From contig NC_134482.1 in assembly GCF_964194025.1 (NCBI RefSeq), forward strand, positions 32,364,001 through 32,423,882: a DNA stretch of 59,882 bases, given 5' to 3'. The translations under genes were made by a program, and so were the position numbers. Shown in pieces: positions 1 through 12,996 of the stretch. Within the stretch, counting starts at the first letter, position 1; each line of letters begins with the position of its first letter. Below the pieces are notes generated by a model. That model was given only the letters and a program-made list of their open reading frames with translations, was not told the DNA's origin and did no database searches. The DNA is from Convolutriloba macropyga (Eukaryota).

Positions 1-1112
1 TTTAAGGAGCCATTTGGATCTTTGATTGGTTAGATTTAGTATTCAGACTGCAATAAGAATAACAATTGAAGACAAAACACAAGAATTCAGTTACTAAGAC
101 TTTTCTTCAAAACCATAAAAACCATTAGGTTCTCTGAAAACATACTAAATCTACGTTTGGCAACGTTTTTATGTAAAAGGGAGCTTTCATTTTGAAAGAC
201 GAGAATCAAAGATTTCGTCAGTATTCAATATAAGAAAAACAAAAAAAGCAATCTATTTTTGAAAAAAAAGCCAGAACAAAAAAATCAAAATTTCTGATCG
301 TAAGAACCCATGATTATATCAAACCTATTCCTGATTTCGGCGCGGGGCCAAAAAACTACTCAAGGGTTCCAAATGTTTCCGAAGCAAACCAATCGTCAAC
401 TGAAATATTTCAAAATAAAAAAAACAATGATGCAGTTTGTATAACTACTGAGTTAAATTTGCAAAAAAATGGCATAATTTTAACTCCAGAAGAGTTTTAT
501 TGGGCAGCGGATTTCAAAAAGCTCTCTTTTAGAGCCTAAGGAGATTCGGTCAGCGGTTTCTATGTATCCAATTTCGGGAAACTTAAACAAAGTTGGCGAA
601 AAAAATTATATTTTGTGCAATTTTTGGTGAAAAATATGTGAATTTTGAAATTGTTATAAAATAAATCAAACAATTCAGCAACGCTGTTCTATCTCGAACG
701 CTAACAATCACACAATACCGTTGAAACTTTTTTATTTTAAATTTATATTAGCAAAATTTGGTCAATCTTTACCAAAAATCACGGATAATGTGAAAAAAAA
801 ACAGTTGAACATTCACAAAATTTTAAACTTCGATAATTCCAAGTGAAAAACGAAACTCAAAAAAAACTTATTACTTCCATATTCTAGGATGTACGTGCTT
901 TTTAATGATGCTACTTACAAATCTCAACTGTGGATATATCGATCAGCCATAATTGCCTGAACAAAAAACTCATTTGAGTATATAGTTCCATCCTCCTCAC
1001 CAAAGTGGGGGTCGGAACAAAAAACCACTATTTATTTTTAAAAAGTATCTGTCTTTTGACCCTCGATCTATCGCATCGTCGAGATTTGTCACATCTACAA
1101 AGCTTCTGACTT
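1..1112. repeat. Unclassified interspersed repeat, copy 1 (direct repeat of about 5880-6992; runs off the window start)
   Basis: Colinear by eye with 5880-6992 (e.g. GACTGCAATAAGAATAACAATTGAA, CTCAAGGGTTCCAAATGTTTCCGAAGCAA, GGGGGTCGGAACAAAAAACCAC), with many substitutions; shared sequence ends at TTCTGACTT. No recognisable protein. Confidence 0.85.
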
Positions 1113-1303
1113 GCTCAAATAATAGGGTTTTAATTGTCAATTATCAAATTAGTCATTTAATACTAAACGTTTTAATTATTGAGAGACAAAAAAGTTACAC
1201 AGGAAGTTCATCAATAGTTTTTTAGTGGTTCAACTGGTTTTTATTCTTGAAAATAATGGAATAAATTTTGCAAAAATGTTGATAAGGATAGTGCACCAGC
1301 ACA

Positions 1304-1779
1304 CCCAGGATGAAGTCCGCGACCCAAGACAGGTATTGGCCAGACCGACTCGGGTCGCGGACAGGGGGGTCCGGTGCGACTGTCCACAATGGTCTGGAAA
1401 AAATTTGGGTCGCGCCTTCCGTCTGGCCAATGGCAATTTTGGTCTGTTCGGTCTGGCGAATACCCATATTTCGGTCTGTTCGGTCTGGCCAATACCTATA
1501 TTTCGGTCTGGTCGGTCTGGCCAATACCCATAGTTCGGTCTGTTCGGTCTGGCCAATACCCTTGTTTCGGTCTGTTCGGTCTGGCCAATACCCTTGTATC
1601 GGTCTGTTCGGTCTGGCCAATACCTTTGTTTCGGTCTGTTCGGTCTGGCCAAATCCTTGTTTCGGTCTGTTTGGTCTGGTCAAAACCCATTTTTCGGGCT
1701 GTTCCGTCTGGCTAATACCCTTGTTTCGGTCTGTTTGGTCTGGCCAATACCTGTCTCGGGTCGCGGACTTCATCCTGGG
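1304..1779. mobile_element. Non-autonomous TIR element (MITE), CACTA/EnSpm-like CCC...GGG termini
   Basis: ~43-bp TIRs (CCCAGGATGAAGTCCGCGACCCAAGACAGGTATTGGCCAGACC and its near-perfect reverse complement ending at 1779), candidate 2-bp TSD CA, internal tandem array. Confidence 0.8.
1441..1753. repeat. Tandem array, about 10 x 32 bp (TTCGGTCTGTTCGGTCTGGCCAATACCCTTGT)
   Basis: GGTCTG anchors at 1441, 1473, 1505, 1537, 1569, 1601, 1633, 1664, 1696 (variant GGGCTG) and 1728. The unit contains the inner part of the TIR (GGTCTGGCCAATACC). Confidence 0.95.
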
Positions 1780-3407
1780 CATACTTTTCACAACTTATCA
1801 CAACTTTTCAAAACACTTTAAATAAAAAGGCGCCATTGTATTTATGGCAAATGTTTCGCAAGTGGCACCCAATTTTCGTGTCACAATTTAGAATGACTTG
1901 TGAAATGTATAATAATAAATTGTTTTCTGTAGATGTTGATCACTCATTTACACTACACAATCATTTGCCTAAAGAGAGGTCACTATTGGGCCAAAGATCT
2001 GCTCTCAAGTGTCTCTGAGGATTAGATAACGTTACAGTTTATACTTATTAAACGCTTCAAATTATTTAAAGAACGTTTGATATTTTAAAAGAAAAATTGG
2101 GAAAAACCTATATGTGTAAATCTCACCTCATTTTATTTTTGAATTTTTTCTTAGAAAATTACTTTGCAAAAATGTAAAAACTTTCGTTTACAAAAATTTA
2201 CAAAATTTTCCTGCTGTATGAAGAATGTTTTTTATGCTGTGAAGACTGCTAGAAAACAAATAGCTAAAATTAAGGTGAAGAGATTCTTTATGTAAATGCT
2301 TCGGTGCAATCGTAGAAATTATCCGTCACGCTCGATAAATCAGTTCCACTCGGATATAGATAGTCGCAAATATTGTGATAAAATTTGAGCGCTAAAATTT
2401 CATTTCCAGGTCATTTAGGATAGTTTTGCTAATTATGCCAAAAAACTATTCTGTATAGAGTAACGTTATGGGCGAAATATGCGTTAATTGAGTTGATACT
2501 GAATTTTTTTCATATTCAGAAATATTTAAGTTGAACTAATGCGCAAGTAAATTGAATATAGTTGTCGCAAAACCGTGAAATTTCTTCTTAAAAAAACCCA
2601 TTTTTTTAATCTCTCTTCCTTTGATGCAAGTTTGCGCATACCAAACCTCAGTCTCTAGAACATTTCATATTGTGTCTCTAAAAGACGTTTTGCCTAAGAC
2701 CAGTTCCGTTAGAAAACCTTATCTCTTAAGGCGTTCTCACATGATTATTCATAGGGGTGCCATAATTTAGATTTTGTTATCAAGAGATTAAAAAGTTACA
2801 CTTGAAATTCATCATCCGTTTTTTTGTTATGAAAGTTAGATTTGTTTGTTTTTGGCTTTATAAATACAAGAACATTCAAATTTATGGAATATATTAAAGC
2901 TAACTGGTAAAATTTACAATTTTGAGCTACCGTTAGTTGCTCAGCATTGCCTATTGTCATGACAAAGCAGCTTACAAAAAGTAAAACAAAATCGTTGGAA
3001 CAGGAACTCAGACTTAAAATAATCTCAGAACGAGCTATTATGTCCAAATCCACAATACGGAACTTCAAGCAGACGGCATGCAGTACACTGTAATGTATGA
3101 AATATAGTATCATTCCTCTACTTCTAAAAAATCTATTTTAAGTTCTAACTCAGCTAGAAAGTGCTGAAATCTTCACTTGGCCTTAACAATAGAATGAATA
3201 AAAATTTTATGCCAGAAAACCTTGACATGAAGGTTGTCTCATTGTATAGAGAGGATTTTTGATGGAAGTTACGTTTTCTATTTGAAGCCTGTCTATTTAA
3301 AAAGCTTAAAAAGTTGGTTTCTGCCCCAGTATCTTTGTAGAGGATCTGTTCATTTTTCCACCGTGCAGAAAAACTTTTCATCTATAGGACTGTGGAATCA
3401 GGCGGTG

Positions 3408-3674
3408 ATCACGGCGTTGCCTATCCTTTCTTCTTTGTCGTATCATGTCTTTTCTTCCAAACATTTCAAGTTACAAGTTTCCATTATTGAGTTTCTTTGT
3501 TTGGGTTTCCTTACATGACATCAAAAGTTACAACTCATTTCCGTTTTACATGACTTTATTTTCATCTATAGCAATCGTTAGCAATCGTTACAAAAATGTC
3601 GCTTTACACAAACCAATTATCAAATATGGCAAGTTACATGGATTCAACGAAGAAGTTAATACTGGGCTTTAACA
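3408..3674 (-). repeat. 3' LTR of Pao element 1 (truncated at its 3' end)
   Basis: Direct repeat of 7218-7481; TGT start on the minus strand at 3674, directly after GGCCCCGAGGA. Confidence 0.8.
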
Positions 3675-3704
3675 TCCTCGGGGCCATAAAACCTAACCCT
3701 AACC

Positions 3705-5040
3705 TTACGGTTGTTTGAGGTACACCTTTTGCAGCTTAACGGCTGGTCTGGTTAAAGAACCTAAAGCAGTTTCCAATTCGCAAGACCTAGCGATGTTATC
3801 GGCTGCGGTGAAAATCCTGGTGACACATCCTTGTGGCCAGATTCCTCTGGGAGTCAACTCCCACAGGAGCTTCTTTTGAAGTTAACTTTACTCTTGGTAA
3901 TCTTGAAGCATTCGTTTCCAGAACAGATGCAAGCGCTGCTTGACTTGGGTCCATGATGTCGACTTTAGACAGGCTGAATCTTAAAGAGAAATGTTGGCAC
4001 CTTCGCAAAAAGTCGTCCCAAGGAAATGATCGGATGTAAGAGGATCGTCATCCTGGTTGTCGCTCCTCACGTGAGTCAATGGCCTGGAATTTACCAGACA
4101 TTCCGCTTCCAAGACAAGGGTTGCAAAGACATCAGGTGGAAATTTTGCGGAGCCAAGATTGATGAGGAGAACTCGTTTAATTATTTGGACGAGTCTCTCC
4201 CACACGCCACCAAAGTGAGGTGCAGAACCAGTTTTCGTTGTAGCTGTTTACGGTATCCCGCTTGTCGGGTTGTCTGACATCAAAACTCGTGGCTGGCCAC
4301 GTCTTGACATGAGTAGTCTGATGATGGCTGTGATGCATTTGTCGCTTGACAAGTCTCCTGCTACTTGCAGATGAATGGCATGCTGGACAAGGCATGTAAA
4401 ATGACAGATGCATGTCTTTTAATTCTTTGTATTTATGCATTACTGCGAATGGTCCAAGGTAGCCCAACCAAAATTCGTGAAGATTGCAGGCAATGAAACG
4501 TCTCCATAACTATTTTCCTGGAAGTTCAGCCATTGGTCGTTGGAGCCCGAAAACTTCGACATTCAAAGCATCTGAAAAAAAAACCTTCTAAGGCTTTGCG
4601 ATCTCCAATGATGTGCCATCTTTGTTGGATGTAGTTCCTGGTATACTCTACGTAAAGATGGATGCAAATTGCATGACACTTCTAAATAAAGTTTTACAAT
4701 TTCCTCTTTTGCCTCTAGTTTTGTGCGGTACTTTGCCTCAAAAAGCAAGAAGCATCTTTTTGTCCTTCCGTCAACGCGTAAAAATCCATTTTTTAAAAGA
4801 GGTGATAAGCGCAACAGGCGGTCTTTCTTCTGCAGATCTTTTTTCATTTATCAGATCCTTAACAGTTCCAGAAAATTATTCGAGCTAGGAAACTTGAAAA
4901 AAAAAAGATTTCGGGCTTTAGCAATGTCTACCAAAGCTAGTCTTCTCGGACTGTTGCTCTGTTGCGCTATTATTCGAAACAGACTTTGGCTGTTCCTCTC
5001 ACAAATCTAGTCCATTTTGAGAATCTAATAAAGCAATCTA
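3705..5040 (-). pseudogene. BEL/Pao pol C-terminus (integrase core and C-terminal domain), frameshifted
   Basis: RLSPLLKNGFLRVDGR; GYLGPF; WERLVQIIKRVL...EAECLVNSRPLTHV...PLTSDHFLG; PRGIWPQGCVTRIF...DNIARSCELETALGSLTRPAVKL. Confidence 0.9.
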
Positions 5041-5049
5041 CCTTAGACG

Positions 5050-6992
5050 GCCGATGAGACCTGTCATTAATGTGACTACCAGAAAAGATGGCAAAAAAAT
5101 CGTATAAATACAAGTATTAAGTACGACCAAAACTAGTTGTCCAATTTTTTCAGAAACCATTAATAACCAAACCAAAATAGCCTCAGATAAAACTTATACT
5201 AAAGAAGATTAATCTAAATATCATTAGAAAAAAATTGGGACTTTTCCTCAATGCGACTTGGTAACAAGTCGACAAGAAATGAGCAAAAGGGCAAAGTTTT
5301 AAAAAAGTTTTCTTTTTTGAGAAATAATGTCAAATTGATTAGAAACATTATGCATCAACTGAACTCATTGAGAGATTAATTTATGCCTCAGAAAACATTG
5401 AGTGAGACCTTTCATTATCCAAAATATGCCATACCACTAAAAAAATAATAACAAAAACGGGCAAAAAGAAAAAAAATCAAAATTTGCACAAAAACGGTGC
5501 CCCAGCCAATTAAACATTAAGCGGTTTACTGAAGACATTAAAAGTTTTTAATTGCAATTTTTTCAAATCGTTTTAACCGCGCTTTTTTGCGATACTGAGG
5601 AAGCAAACCTACAAAAATGGTTTAATTTGCAAAAATCGCTAATGTTTTATGAAAACCAACGCAATAAGAACAAAAACCATTTGAGAAAAACAAAACCGTT
5701 ATAAAGAGGAAATTACAGTTCAATAGGTAAGCGATGTGACTTGCTAACAGAAATATGATAAAAAAATTGACAAGTTCAAAAAATCACTGAAATTTTTTCA
5801 AATCAATATTTTTTAGTGTCATTAGGGACATTAGATAACAACCGAATTCCTTGTAGAAGTTCACAGAAGCCTTTTGTATGGAGCCATGTGGATCTGTAAT
5901 TGGTTCGATTTAGTATTTAGACTGCAATAAGAATAACAATTGAAGGCAAAACACAAGAATTCAGTTACTAAGATTTTTCTTCAATGCCATAAAAACCATT
6001 AGGTTTTCTGAAAATATACTAAAACTACATTTGGCCCAAGTAGAGGAGAGTTTTCATTTTTGAAGACGAGAATCGAAGATTTTGTCAGTACTCAATATAA
6101 GAACAACAATAAAAGCAATCTGTTTTTGAAAAAAAGGCAGAAAGAAAATTTAAAATTTCTGATTGTAAGGATCCATGATGATATAAAACCTATTCCTGAT
6201 TTCAGCGCGGGTCCAACACACTACTCAAGGGTTCCAAATGTTTCCGAAGCAAGCCAATCGTTAAGTGAAATATTTCAATGTAAAAAAAACAATGATGCAG
6301 TCTGTATAATTATTGAGTTAAGTTTGCAAAAGATGGCATATTTTTAATTCCAGAAGAGTTTTATAGGGCAGCGGATTTCAACTAGCTCTCTTTTGGAATT
6401 TACGGCGATTTTGTCAGCGGTTTCTATGTCTCCAATCTCGGCAAACTTAAACAAAGTTGACGAAAAGAAGGATATTTTCTGCAATTTTTGATGACATGTA
6501 TCTGAATTTTGAAAATGTTATTAAATTTTTTAGCCAAAAAACTCCAATCAAACAATTCAGCAATGCTCTACTATCTTCAACTGTAACAATCACATTCTAC
6601 CGTTAAAATTTTTCTTTTTTGAAATTCTAATAGCAAAGTTGAGTAAAATTTTAGCACAAATTACGGAAAATGTGAAAAAAACTTCTGAAAATTCGCAAAA
6701 TTTTAAACTTCGATAACTCCAAGTGAAAAACGAAACTCAAAAAAATCTTTTTATTTACATATTTTAGGATGTACGTGCTTTTTAATGATGCAACTTACAA
6801 AGCTCAACGATGATTATATCGATCAGCCAAAATTGCTTGAACAAAAAATCTCATTTGATTATATAGTTCCTCCCTCCCCTCCAAAAAGGGGGTCGGAACA
6901 AAAAACCACCATTTATTTTTAAAAAGTGTCTGTCTTTTGACCCCCGATCTATCGCATCGTCAAGATTTGCCACTTTTACAGATTTTCTGACT
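5050..6992. repeat. Unclassified repeat, copy 2, occupying the middle of Pao element 1
   Basis: 5880-6992 matches 1-1112. The left limit is inferred from where Pao similarity stops. Confidence 0.65.
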
Positions 6993-7086
6993 TCTGACCT
7001 TGAATATGAGCAAACTCTTTGACTACTTCGCGACTGTTTTTTTTTACTGTTTTGTTCTCACTTATGTGACGTTGACCAAAAAGAAT

Positions 7087-7481
7087 TGACCAGTTACCGA
7101 CAAGTGTAGCATTCAGTAACAATCTTCTACTGCATTGATGAAGAACCACTTCCTTGTGTCATCTCCTGGAGGTAGCTTGCTTCATTTGTTGGTGGAATTC
7201 ATCGTAGCGCAAATTTAATCACGGCGTTGCCTATCGTTCCTTCGTTGTTGTATCATGTCAATTTTCTTCCAATTATTTCAAGTTACAAGTTTCATTTATT
7301 GAGCTTCTTTGTTTGGGTTTCCTTACATGACATCAAAAGTTACAACTCAGTTCCGTTTTACGTGACTTTTTTCATCTTTCCCTTAGCAATCATTACAATC
7401 ATGGCGATTTACACAAATCAATCATCCGAATTATGGCATTTTACATTGCTTCAATGAGGAAGTTAATACTGGGCATTAACA
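7087..7481 (-). repeat. 5' LTR of Pao element 1 (~395 bp)
   Basis: Minus-strand TGTTAATGCCC...TCA followed by ATTCTTTTTGGTC (PBS-like); the right 265 bp match 3408-3674. Confidence 0.7.
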
Positions 7482-8702
7482 GGCGGTCGGTGAAACTAAT
7501 AAGTTTTTGAACAGTTATTTTTTTCAGAGGCAAGACTGTCCGGAACAGTAGTTGTGGATAAATATCAATTACAGTCATAGTCTACCCAAATATCATTTGT
7601 CATAGTCTACCCAAACAAAACAAATGCCCTTTTTTAATCAGCAGGAAAAAATCATTGAATTTTTACCTTCATCGGGCAATGGGTTCTTCATTGCACTAGG
7701 GGACTATACTCTCACTAGGAATGGACAATAGTTTTAAGAAAGATATTGACTGTTTATTTAAGATTTAATGAAACAAATTTAAGCAATAATATTTACTTAG
7801 TTATGATCACTTTTCCTTCCGGTATCTCTGGTATTTCTTTGCAAATTTAGATATGGTTTATGGAAGCATAACTAAATCTATTTTTAGTTGCAGAAAGAAA
7901 TCGACTCATAAACAAACGCTTGCGGTTAAAACAATAGTAGTTTCTTGTAGAACAAATGTAGTCAGTTCAACAAAAAACACACGGTTCCAATCAAGACAAA
8001 AGCATCGGTAGTATAATCTTGCAATGGCTCATGAGAATTTTTTAAGGTCTTTCTAGGGTCACAGAGAGTCATACCTGATCTGCATGTATGTTAGGGAACA
8101 ATAAAAAAGTCCCTATCACCCCCAAAGTTCGAACAAAGAAGTTCAAAAAAAGTGCAGCAAAAACGAAAAAAAAGTCAGCTTAAGAATTTCAGTGATAATT
8201 TACAAAGCGATGCTTAAAAATTATTGCCATAATTCGACCAAGTGTTAATTTGAATACGTATTAATGTTCAAAACGCAACAATTACAATTTTTTGGTTCCC
8301 TTTTTTGTTTCAATATTCTTAAGTAAACCTAAAATCGTTAAAACGGTTCTTCTATCTTTTGGGATGCTTACTTGCTTCTAAATAACAGCTTACTTTCCAA
8401 TAATTGGCATTATTAATTTGATTTTACTCACAAAACCCCGGTTTATTACAATTTTACCCAGGTTTGACATTACATTTTTACCCAAATTTTTTAGAAAATA
8501 AAGAATACCAAAACCTAACAAACACTTGATTTGATTTTTGAGGTCGCTAACGAAGTGGCAATAAGCATTACAGATAAGTTGTATCTTAATTTTCTATAAA
8601 ACTGAAAAAGGAAATACGACAAAAAAGCAAAAGCTGATTTGTAAACAAAAATTAGTTTCTGAAAGGAAAATAAGTTGTTTTTAAGCCCTGCCAACTATAT
8701 AT

Positions 8703-9142
8703 AACTATATTTGTATACAACTAAAAAAATTTGAAATAAAATTAGCTTATAGAAATTTTCCTGTAGGTAAGTCAAAAGAAGTTCACAAAAACGTAGAAAA
8801 GGGCACAAGATATAGTCTAGATTATAAAAAACAAAAACCTNNNNNNNNNNNNNNNNNNNNNNNNNNNNNNNNNNNNNNNNNNNNNNNNNNNNNNNNNNNN
8901 NNNNNNNNNNNNNNNNNNNNNNNNNNNNNNNNNNNNNNNNNNNNNNNNNNNNNNNNNNNNNNNNNNNNNNNNNNNNNNNNNNNNNNNNNNNNNNNNNNNN
9001 NNNGGTTTCTTTTTTATAAATTCTAATTTAGGTCTTGTGCTTTTTTCTAAATTTTTGTGAACTGCTTTTGACTTACCTTCAGGAAAATTTCTGTGAGGTA
9101 ATTTTATTTCAATTTAATCCAGCTGTAGACAACAAATTTAGT
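8703..9142. mobile_element. Fold-back/MITE-like inverted repeat whose centre is the assembly gap
   Basis: 8703-8839 (..GAAATTTTCCTGTAGGTAAGTCAAAAGAAGTTCACAAAAA..) is an imperfect reverse complement of 9004-9142 (..TTTTTGTGAACTGCTTTTGACTTACCTTCAGGAAAATTTC..). Confidence 0.7.
8841..9003. other. Assembly gap (163 N)
   Basis: Run of N. Confidence 1.
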
Positions 9143-12100
9143 GTTCAGTAGAATTGTAGCAAATTTTAAAACTGCATCTGACAATTTATTTCAACGTCTC
9201 TGCAAAGGGCTGTAATTAGAGGCTGCTGAAGAAATTTAAGAAACACCTAGCATTTTTTGTAAGATTGACGGTGAAAAAAATGGGTTTGTGTTCATAAAAA
9301 ATAGTCAAAACAAAAAACTGGTCGATTCAACTTTGCAATTGGGTAAAGCAGATCCATTATTAAAAAAGAACTGTTGCAAGAGTTCTGAAATAAGGGATCT
9401 GCAGAAAAAATCTCGGTTTTAACAGGCGTGGCGAAGCTAGCGCAAAAAAATGCATTATCCAGAAGGCTCTAATAAAAAATAAAAAATCCTTTTGGCATTT
9501 CCACCATCAAGTGTCATTTTTATATCCTGGCTCATCCAAAACGGGGACTTGTTAAAAAAGTGTGTCTCACATTTTTAAAGGGAGAAAAATTTACTGATTT
9601 TCTGTTTGTGAACTGTTACTTTAAGACATGGTGACAGAGCTGATGTTCATTTTTTCTCGAAAACATGCCAAAATTTACAAAAATTTGTTATGTCAATATC
9701 AAAGAATTAGCTGTTTTCGAGAATTTTTAAACCAGAATAGCAAAAGGAGAAAATTTATCTCTTTTTTGGTACAGGTTAGTTAAATTAACAGATTTAAATA
9801 ATACTGAGGAGACACAATCCTTTGGAGAAAAGATAGACAAAAAATAGAGATATAGGCAAAACGAGATGACTGTGCGAGAATCCAAAGTTTTAGCAGCAGC
9901 TCTGGAGATCAAAAAAAGAACTTCGCCTTTTTTTCGATGCAACTGGCCAAACTTTGAAAATCATTTTTTCCACCAATTTTAACTCGAAAATTCTGATCAA
10001 TTAAACGCTGCGCAAGGTGATTAATTGTTATCATAGCTCAGTTAAGGTTGAGTTTGATAACCAGATGCAAGTAAAGTTGAAGTTGGGGCTAAAGTTGGCA
10101 CTTGAAATAAATATGTGACTTTTAGATAAACTCCTATACCAAACAAACAGCAACCTTCGTTGAAGACTTGAAAACTGTGCTTCTTGTCTGGCAAAAACTC
10201 AAAAAACGAACACTTGATGGACGCAAATTGTGGTTAAATGGTTAATCGCTGATTTGTTCAATTTCACTAGCTGACCCTCGTAAACATGAAACATATGATA
10301 AGTTCGTTCGAATATAGTGATTATCTTTTCCAAACTTCATCGCTAGTTTCATATGTTTGCTCACTATTAAATTTTTATCGCCATTTAGAAGTACAAAAGA
10401 TGTACTTGTTTAAAGTTTATAAAAAAACTCTTGTACTGTATCAAAAAATTGATGTATTATTTAGTATGTATTTTTTCAATCAAAATTTTGACTGTGTAAT
10501 TTTGCACTAATGAAAACCCAAGCAAAATTTAGTATATAATACGAAAATGTTGCGTGTAATTTTTATATAAAAACCGTTTTTTAACTACTTTCTGGGTTCA
10601 CAGTTAAAAAACACAGACAGACACAAGCACCTCCTTCAATCAAACTTAACTAAAGCCTCATCAGCCAAACGCCCAAAAACGGTTGCTAAACTTCACTCAA
10701 TTCCATAATTTCAAAGGAACAATATATTCAGCTCAGATTCACTTGTGCGTAATTTTTAATAACTTCACTTATTAAAGTTGCTCATTCCTTGTTTATTTTG
10801 AGTCTAAAATATGAGATTCAAGAGCCAATTAGTGCAAAATTATTTTGAAAATGAACTAGAACATGCAAAACTCAGATAAATTTTTGGAAAAACCTGAAAA
10901 TGCCATCAACATTTTTTGTGCTGTTGATTAAAAATATTATGAATAAACTCTCTGTTGAATCGCTAACTACAAAATAATACAGCTTAAGCCAATGAATTTG
11001 TTAAGCCAAAAGTAATGCAAAAATTGCACAAAAGTTGCACACAAACTCCTCAAAAGCATTGAGGGGTTACTCAAAATCGTGTTTGCTTCCAATACTGCCA
11101 TATTTTGCAAAACGAATTTGCCCAAATTTTTCCTGCGAGACAACAGTTAAGTTCTAATGCCAAGATGACACAAGATTCATTATAAACGTTTTTGAAAAAT
11201 TCAAATGGAAAAGAAATGACGGATATGAAAACCCTCATATTTATCCATTTCTGTTATATAATAGCCAAAATTCCAAATTTCTTAACAGTTAATTTCTTAA
11301 AATATCTTAATGTCCATTGGTCTCAAAGGCAATTTTTTCCTCTGTATAATGAATTCCAAATACATTTTTTACACATAGATCACCGTTGTTATGCAGTAGA
11401 AAGACTCTTGAGCGCACTTTTGATAAGCTTAGCAAAATTCAACAAATATTAGTATAATTTTGACCGCTAACAAAATTTTACACGTTTTGATGCGGACGTT
11501 CTTGATTCAACAAGCTGCATTTTTTCACCTAATGATAGAAGTTTCTGTGCTACACACAGACATAGGCTAATTGTTTAATATTATTTGTATGAGCAGATAC
11601 ATTACCGACTAATTAACTGTAAAATTTTTAAATGGCTAAAAAACTTGTAGCATGCCTTGCAAAATCTAAGAATTTACTGGTACAGATGTGGAAGATTGAA
11701 TTAACAATTAAGTTGGTTATCATGACTATGTTTATCAAAACAGCAGATCAACAGTTTAATGAATCAATTTTCAACAGTTTAGTTCATTTTTCGACGCATT
11801 AAAAGTATGTTTCTTGCTTTGTTTCAAAATATGTTTCAATCTTGTAGAAGATTGAATGATTGGCTGAAAATCAAGATTTCAGAAATTAATATCATTTTTT
11901 CTTAAAAAATAAAAACTGAGTGAGTACCTTTGATAGCTAGACTGCTACTTCCACTGGGATTTGAAAGGAGCATCAATCGCTCCTTGCTGTTAGATCCCTT
12001 CATAGATCCAATGGACAGTATTGCCTTATCTTCAACAAGAATCTGTTATGGGTATGGTCAGCAATCCAGCTTGTAGTTCGATGCTGTAAATTTAGTCGCC

Positions 12101-12853
12101 AATAGACCAAATATTTCACCTACCCAAGCCGAGGGTTAAGAGCAAAAATAAATAGAGAAAATTACATTTGCCACTCGTATTTTTTAATATTAATTTTACA
12201 GTCTTTGACCGATTTAATGGGTGCCGAGGTTGAGATATTTTTCATTTTAAATCAGTTTTTTTTCTAATAATCCGAAAGAAAAAGAGTCAGACCTGAAGAA
12301 ACAGTCAAACTTCAATTTGATGATAAAAATATAAATTAGACTTTAAATACAGTAAAAACCCAATTTCTTAGTCAGTTGCAGATGCAATTTTAGTACTAAA
12401 AAAATAAAGAAACACCCTCGGATTTAACTATAGGAAGGATTACAGAAATCTCTCGACTTGGGCATCCTTCAAAATTTACTCAGTTGATCTATTTTAACTT
12501 GTAAGTAAATAACAACGTATGGCCATCAGGCGATTAGATTTAATAAATAAACGAAGGCCAATTCAGTTCACCTTCCCCAGTTTGTTCAGCAAATTTGACA
12601 TTTCACACATTCACAAATGTCAGTGTCGTTCGGATCACAATCTAAAGAAAATATGGTTCTAGAATGATAATTGAGTTTTCAAACGCATCCATTAAAACCA
12701 AATGTTTGTCGTCGAAAGGAGCTTCGGTTGCGTGAATGTTCAAGACAATTAATGGATAATCACGGTGCTTTTATTAATCCAAAAAAGCTTTTTTGATAAA
12801 TGATGTGCATAATGTGCGAGCCAACTGTGAACTTTCTCTTCCAATTGGTTGTT

Positions 12854-12996
12854 AACATCGCACGATGTCGCCCCAAAACTTCCAAGGTGTCAGATTCTTA
12901 AAAAATATCTTAAAAACTCATAAAACATCGCACGATGTTGCCCCAAAACTTCCAAGGTGTCAGATTCTTAAAAAATATCTTAAAAACTCATAAAAC
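12854..12996. repeat. Tandem duplication, 2 x 70 bp
   Basis: AACATCGCACGATGTYGCCCCAAAACTTCCAAGGTGTCAGATTC... at 12854 and 12924, one mismatch. Confidence 0.95.

Larger units (their letters stand above)
3408..7481 (-). mobile_element. Degenerate BEL/Pao LTR retrotransposon 1; gag-RT region replaced by an unrelated repeat
   Basis: Two LTR copies starting TGTTAA(A/T)GCCCAGTATTAAC on the minus strand; PPT-like GGCCCCGAGGA before the 3' LTR; PBS-like TTTTTGGTC after the 5' LTR; Pao integrase motifs inside. Confidence 0.8.

Noticed and set aside
960-1112. Helitron 3' end (hairpin + CTRR) at the end of the shared repeat
   Set aside because: Only weak imperfect hairpins and no CTAG terminus at the shared boundary.
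1441-1753. CRISPR-like array (32-bp period)
   Set aside because: Units are contiguous with no unique spacers, sit inside TIRs, and there are no cas genes; the context is eukaryotic.
1222-1825. Stack of overlapping ORFs up to 189 aa
   Set aside because: Translation artefacts of the stop-poor 32-bp tandem repeat.
3692-3707. Telomere or interstitial telomeric array
   Set aside because: Only about 2.5 imperfect units.
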